From: a virus
Length of the DNA: 6,810 nucleotides
Virus record (IMG/VR): IMGVR_UViG_3300014071_000013
Location: 1-6,810 of that record
Direction: 5' to 3' (one strand)
The notes beneath the pieces are model-generated. The model did not search any database and had not been told where the DNA came from. It worked only from the letters and a program-made list of their open reading frames with translations. Positions 5,185-6,810 of this stretch are shown one piece after another (positions within the stretch are counted from its first letter, which is position 1; every line of letters begins with the position of its first letter). The translations under genes were made by a program, and so were the position numbers.

Positions 5185-5490
5185 ATGGCTATGACTATCA
5201 AGATCGAAACCACCGGCAACTTCCGCACCGGCACCGCCGCCAAGTCCGGCAAGCCCTACTGGATGGCCGAAGCCTTCGCGCACCTGCCGGGCGTCCCGTA
5301 TCCGCAGAAGTTCAGTTACTACGCCGCCTCGCAGAATGAAGTTCTGCCAGTTGGTCATTATGAGTGCGACATTTCGTGCTCTATCAAGGATGACCGTATC
5401 AACTTCGAAGTTGATCCGCGCCAAGGTCGCCGTATTTCTTCGCCGCAACCTGCTCAAGTCGCCCCGGCGAAAGTTGCAGGCGCTAACTAA
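5185..5490 (+). CDS. ssDNA-binding protein (pV-like)
   Basis: 101 aa. The pattern IKIE...SGKPYWMAEAF...VPYPQKF...VLPVGHYECDISCSI parallels Ff gene V protein (IKVEI...RQGKPYSLNEQ...EYPVLV...APGLYTVHLSSF, from memory). SD AAGAGG lies 8 nt upstream. It sits between the replication and coat genes. Confidence 0.8.
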   Translation: MAMTIKIETTGNFRTGTAAKSGKPYWMAEAFAHLPGVPYPQKFSYYAASQNEVLPVGHYECDISCSIKDDRINFEVDPRQGRRISSPQPAQVAPAKVAGAN

Positions 5491-5492
5491 AA

Positions 5493-5705
5493 ATGTACTT
5501 ACTCGCGTGCGACGGTAATTGGAAAACTTCGCCGGATGGCTATTTGTCCTGCGTTGGAACTCTTACTGCCATCGAGCGCGACGAATTAGGCCATCCTGGC
5601 CTAACCCCCGAGGATATACCGGTACTTACTGGCCAAGCGCTGATTCTGTTCGCGGTTGTCTTCGGGATTCTTGCAATAAAAAAAGCTCTTTCAACCCGCA
5701 CATAG
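5493..5705 (+). CDS. Small protein with a C-terminal TM helix (70 aa), a positional analogue of pVII/pIX-type minor virion proteins
   Basis: It starts 2 nt after the pV stop. The hydrophobic segment is LTGQALILFAVVFGILAI. It lies immediately upstream of the major coat gene. Function is inferred from position only. Confidence 0.5.
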   Translation: MYLLACDGNWKTSPDGYLSCVGTLTAIERDELGHPGLTPEDIPVLTGQALILFAVVFGILAIKKALSTRT

Positions 5706-5716
5706 GAGTGCATTCC

Positions 5717-5905
5717 ATGCAAAAGCTCAAAGCTCTATTCGCCGCTGGTTCCACCGTTGTTGCTGGTTCGGCCTTCGCTGCCGTTCCGACTGGTGTCACC
5801 GAAGCAATCACCGAAGCCGGTACTGACGCCGCTGTGATCGGCGGTGCCGTTCTGGTCGTTCTGATCGGCATCGCTGCGTTCAAGTACATGCGTCGCGCGA
5901 TGTAA
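5717..5905 (+). CDS. Major coat protein (pVIII-like) precursor, 62 aa
   Basis: SD AGGAG at 5704-5708. Signal peptide MQKLKALFAAGSTVVAGSAFA. The mature part has an acidic N-terminus (AVPTGVTEAITEAGTD), a hydrophobic core (AAVIGGAVLVVLIGIAAF) and a basic C-terminus (KYMRRAM), the classic inovirus coat layout. A terminator follows. Confidence 0.9.
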   Translation: MQKLKALFAAGSTVVAGSAFAAVPTGVTEAITEAGTDAAVIGGAVLVVLIGIAAFKYMRRAM

Positions 5906-5925
5906 TCGACCCGCAGTACAACCAA

Positions 5926-5955
5926 GGGGCTCGGGTCAAACCGCGCCCTTTTTTA
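5926..5955 (+). terminator. Rho-independent terminator after the major coat gene
   Basis: Stem GGGCTCGG (5927-5934) pairs with CCGCGCCC (5941-5948) with one mismatch, around a 6-nt loop, followed by TTTTTTATT. The placement is the same as the terminator after gene VIII in Ff phages. Confidence 0.75.
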
Positions 5956-5971
5956 TTGGGAGAAGTGAAAG

Positions 5972-6043
5972 ATGGGAGCGACGGAATATGTGGTCATTGT
6001 TATTACGCTGGCTATGTGGGCTCTGTTTTTTGGGCGCATTTAG
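5972..6043 (+). CDS. Possible 23-aa hydrophobic micro-ORF (MGATEYVVIVITLAMWALFFGRI) overlapping the pIII start in another frame
   Basis: GGGAGA at 5958-5963 lies 8 nt upstream of ATG 5972. It has a single TM-like stretch. It may be a chance ORF. Confidence 0.2.
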   Translation: MGATEYVVIVITLAMWALFFGRI

Positions 6044-6810
6044 CTCCCTCACGTTTGCTGATTACTATGCGTTTTATGGAGCAGCCAATCAGGAATTCCG
6101 CGATGGTGCTAGCGCCTGCGAATCTATATTGCCCACCCTTACATGGGTTAAAGATGCTGAGAGCGCAAGTTCAGAATGGCTTTTCACGTCGGCGCCTGCG
6201 AATGGGCGCTGTCGTTTTTTTCGAAATGGTGAGTACTACAGCACCTCCACTAAGAATGGAAAACTAGTGCTCGGTTGTCCTCCGGGTGAAGTTGAAGACC
6301 CTGAGACTAAGGAATGTGCTCCTCCTCAACCGCCTCCGCCTGATGATTGCGCTACTCGTGGCCCTGGAATTTTCAGTAAGTCGGGCCCTATTGTTTCGTC
6401 TGATGGTAAGAATTATGTCGCCGTTCCCGGTGGTGGGTCTGTGTGCTATGGCCAGTGTTCCCATGAGCTCAGTTCGTCAGCTTCTAGCTGTTATTCAAGT
6501 GGCGATGGCGGCGGCTTTTGTAACTACATTGGCACACCGAGCGGTGCCACTTGCTCTGAATCTGATGCACCTCTTGGTCGTACTGGTGACGCTCTCAATC
6601 CTCCTGATACGACGGACGTTCCTCCCTCTGATCCCAATGATCCCGGCTGTCCTCCCGGCTATGGATGGTCTGGTACTACCTGCGCTAAGAATCCTGACGA
6701 CAACGGGAACCCGCCTGGTGATGGCGGTGATGGCGGCGATGGTGGCGATGGTGGCGATGGTGGCGACACTGGCGGTGGCGGTGGCGGTGGGGGTGATGAC
6801 GGCGGTGGCG
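5988..6810 (+). CDS. N-terminal part of the pIII-like adsorption protein, with no stop before the window end; it continues at 78..607 for about 450 aa in total
   Basis: I translated frame 3 codon by codon from ATG 5988 to 6809 and found no stop. It is absent from the ORF track because it has no stop in the window. GGGAG lies 9 nt upstream. Signal peptide MWSLLLRWLCGLCFLGAFSSLTFA. The Cys-rich domains include two GCPPG...C modules, and the ORF ends in GDGGDGGDGG repeats. Confidence 0.85.
   Translation, partial: MWSLLLRWLCGLCFLGAFSSLTFADYYAFYGAANQEFRDGASACESILPTLTWVKDAESASSEWLFTSAPANGRCRFFRNGEYYSTSTKNGKLVLGCPPGEVEDPETKECAPPQPPPPDDCATRGPGIFSKSGPIVSSDGKNYVAVPGGGSVCYGQCSHELSSSASSCYSSGDGGGFCNYIGTPSGATCSESDAPLGRTGDALNPPDTTDVPPSDPNDPGCPPGYGWSGTTCAKNPDDNGNPPGDGGDGGDGGDGGDGGDTGGGGGGGGDDGGG
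6717..6810 (+). repeat. Gly/Asp-coding tandem 9-nt repeats; 6734-6810 duplicates 1-77 (terminal redundancy of the window)
   Basis: GGTGATGGC twice and GGCGATGGT three times, then GGCGACACTGGCGGTGGCGGTGGCGGTGGGGGTGATGACGGCGGTGGCG. The match to the window start is exact. Confidence 0.9.

Larger units (their letters stand above)
1..6733 (+). mobile_element. One complete unit of a filamentous phage (inovirus-like) genome, either circular or a tandem-array unit
   Basis: Positions 1-77 are identical to 6734-6810 (offset 6733). Canonical inovirus gene order pII-pV-pVIII-pIII-pVI-pI on one strand. The pIII-like ORF crosses the window junction in frame. Confidence 0.85.

Noticed and set aside
4666-5457. 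Long overlapping ORFs 4666..5172 (full 168 aa), 4899..5339 (+) and 4915..5457 (-)
   Set aside because: Only the part of 4666..5172 from ATG 4942 fits the ATGA-coupled gene chain. The other two are out-of-frame or antisense overlaps of the pV-like gene and its neighbours, with Arg/Pro-rich products.
5956-6267. 103-aa TTG-initiated ORF in frame 1
   Set aside because: It overlaps the frame-3 ORF, which has an ATG with an SD, a clear signal peptide, and stays open for more than 820 nt to the window edge. The frame-1 product has no such features.

Overview
The window appears to hold one complete unit of a small filamentous (Inoviridae-type, Ff/Pf/Cf-like) phage genome. Window ends: positions 1-77 are identical to 6734-6810, and one open reading frame (the pIII-like adsorption protein) runs off the right edge and re-enters in the same frame at the left edge. 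The sequence therefore behaves as a 6,733-nt circle, or as one unit of a tandem array. Gene order: on the + strand the order is the canonical inovirus one, tightly packed and largely translationally coupled. It runs rolling-circle initiator (pII-like), three tiny ORFs, ssDNA-binding protein (pV-like), a small membrane ORF, major coat protein (pVIII-like) with a rho-independent terminator, pIII-like adsorption protein, pVI-like protein, and a Zot/pI-like assembly ATPase. Absent genes: I see no secretin (pIV), integrase or transposase. Accessory and regulatory segment (about 2110-3510): it contains (i) two direct copies of a dif-like XerC-arm sequence (GCTTCGCATAATGG) that precisely bracket a tiny acidic ORF; (ii) a small coiled-coil ORF; (iii) a roughly 300-nt non-coding stretch with a minus-strand terminator; (iv) a visibly lower-GC, minus-strand two-gene module (a small ribbon-helix-helix-like putative repressor plus a 63-aa membrane protein); and (v) a divergent control region full of GCATGC palindromes overlapping a good sigma70-type promoter for the replication gene. 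Most interesting: the duplicated dif-like sites and the ORF they enclose, the immunity-like module, and the mosaic Cys-rich, Gly/Asp-repeat adsorption protein. Limits: all functional calls come from by-eye motifs and synteny. No database search was possible.
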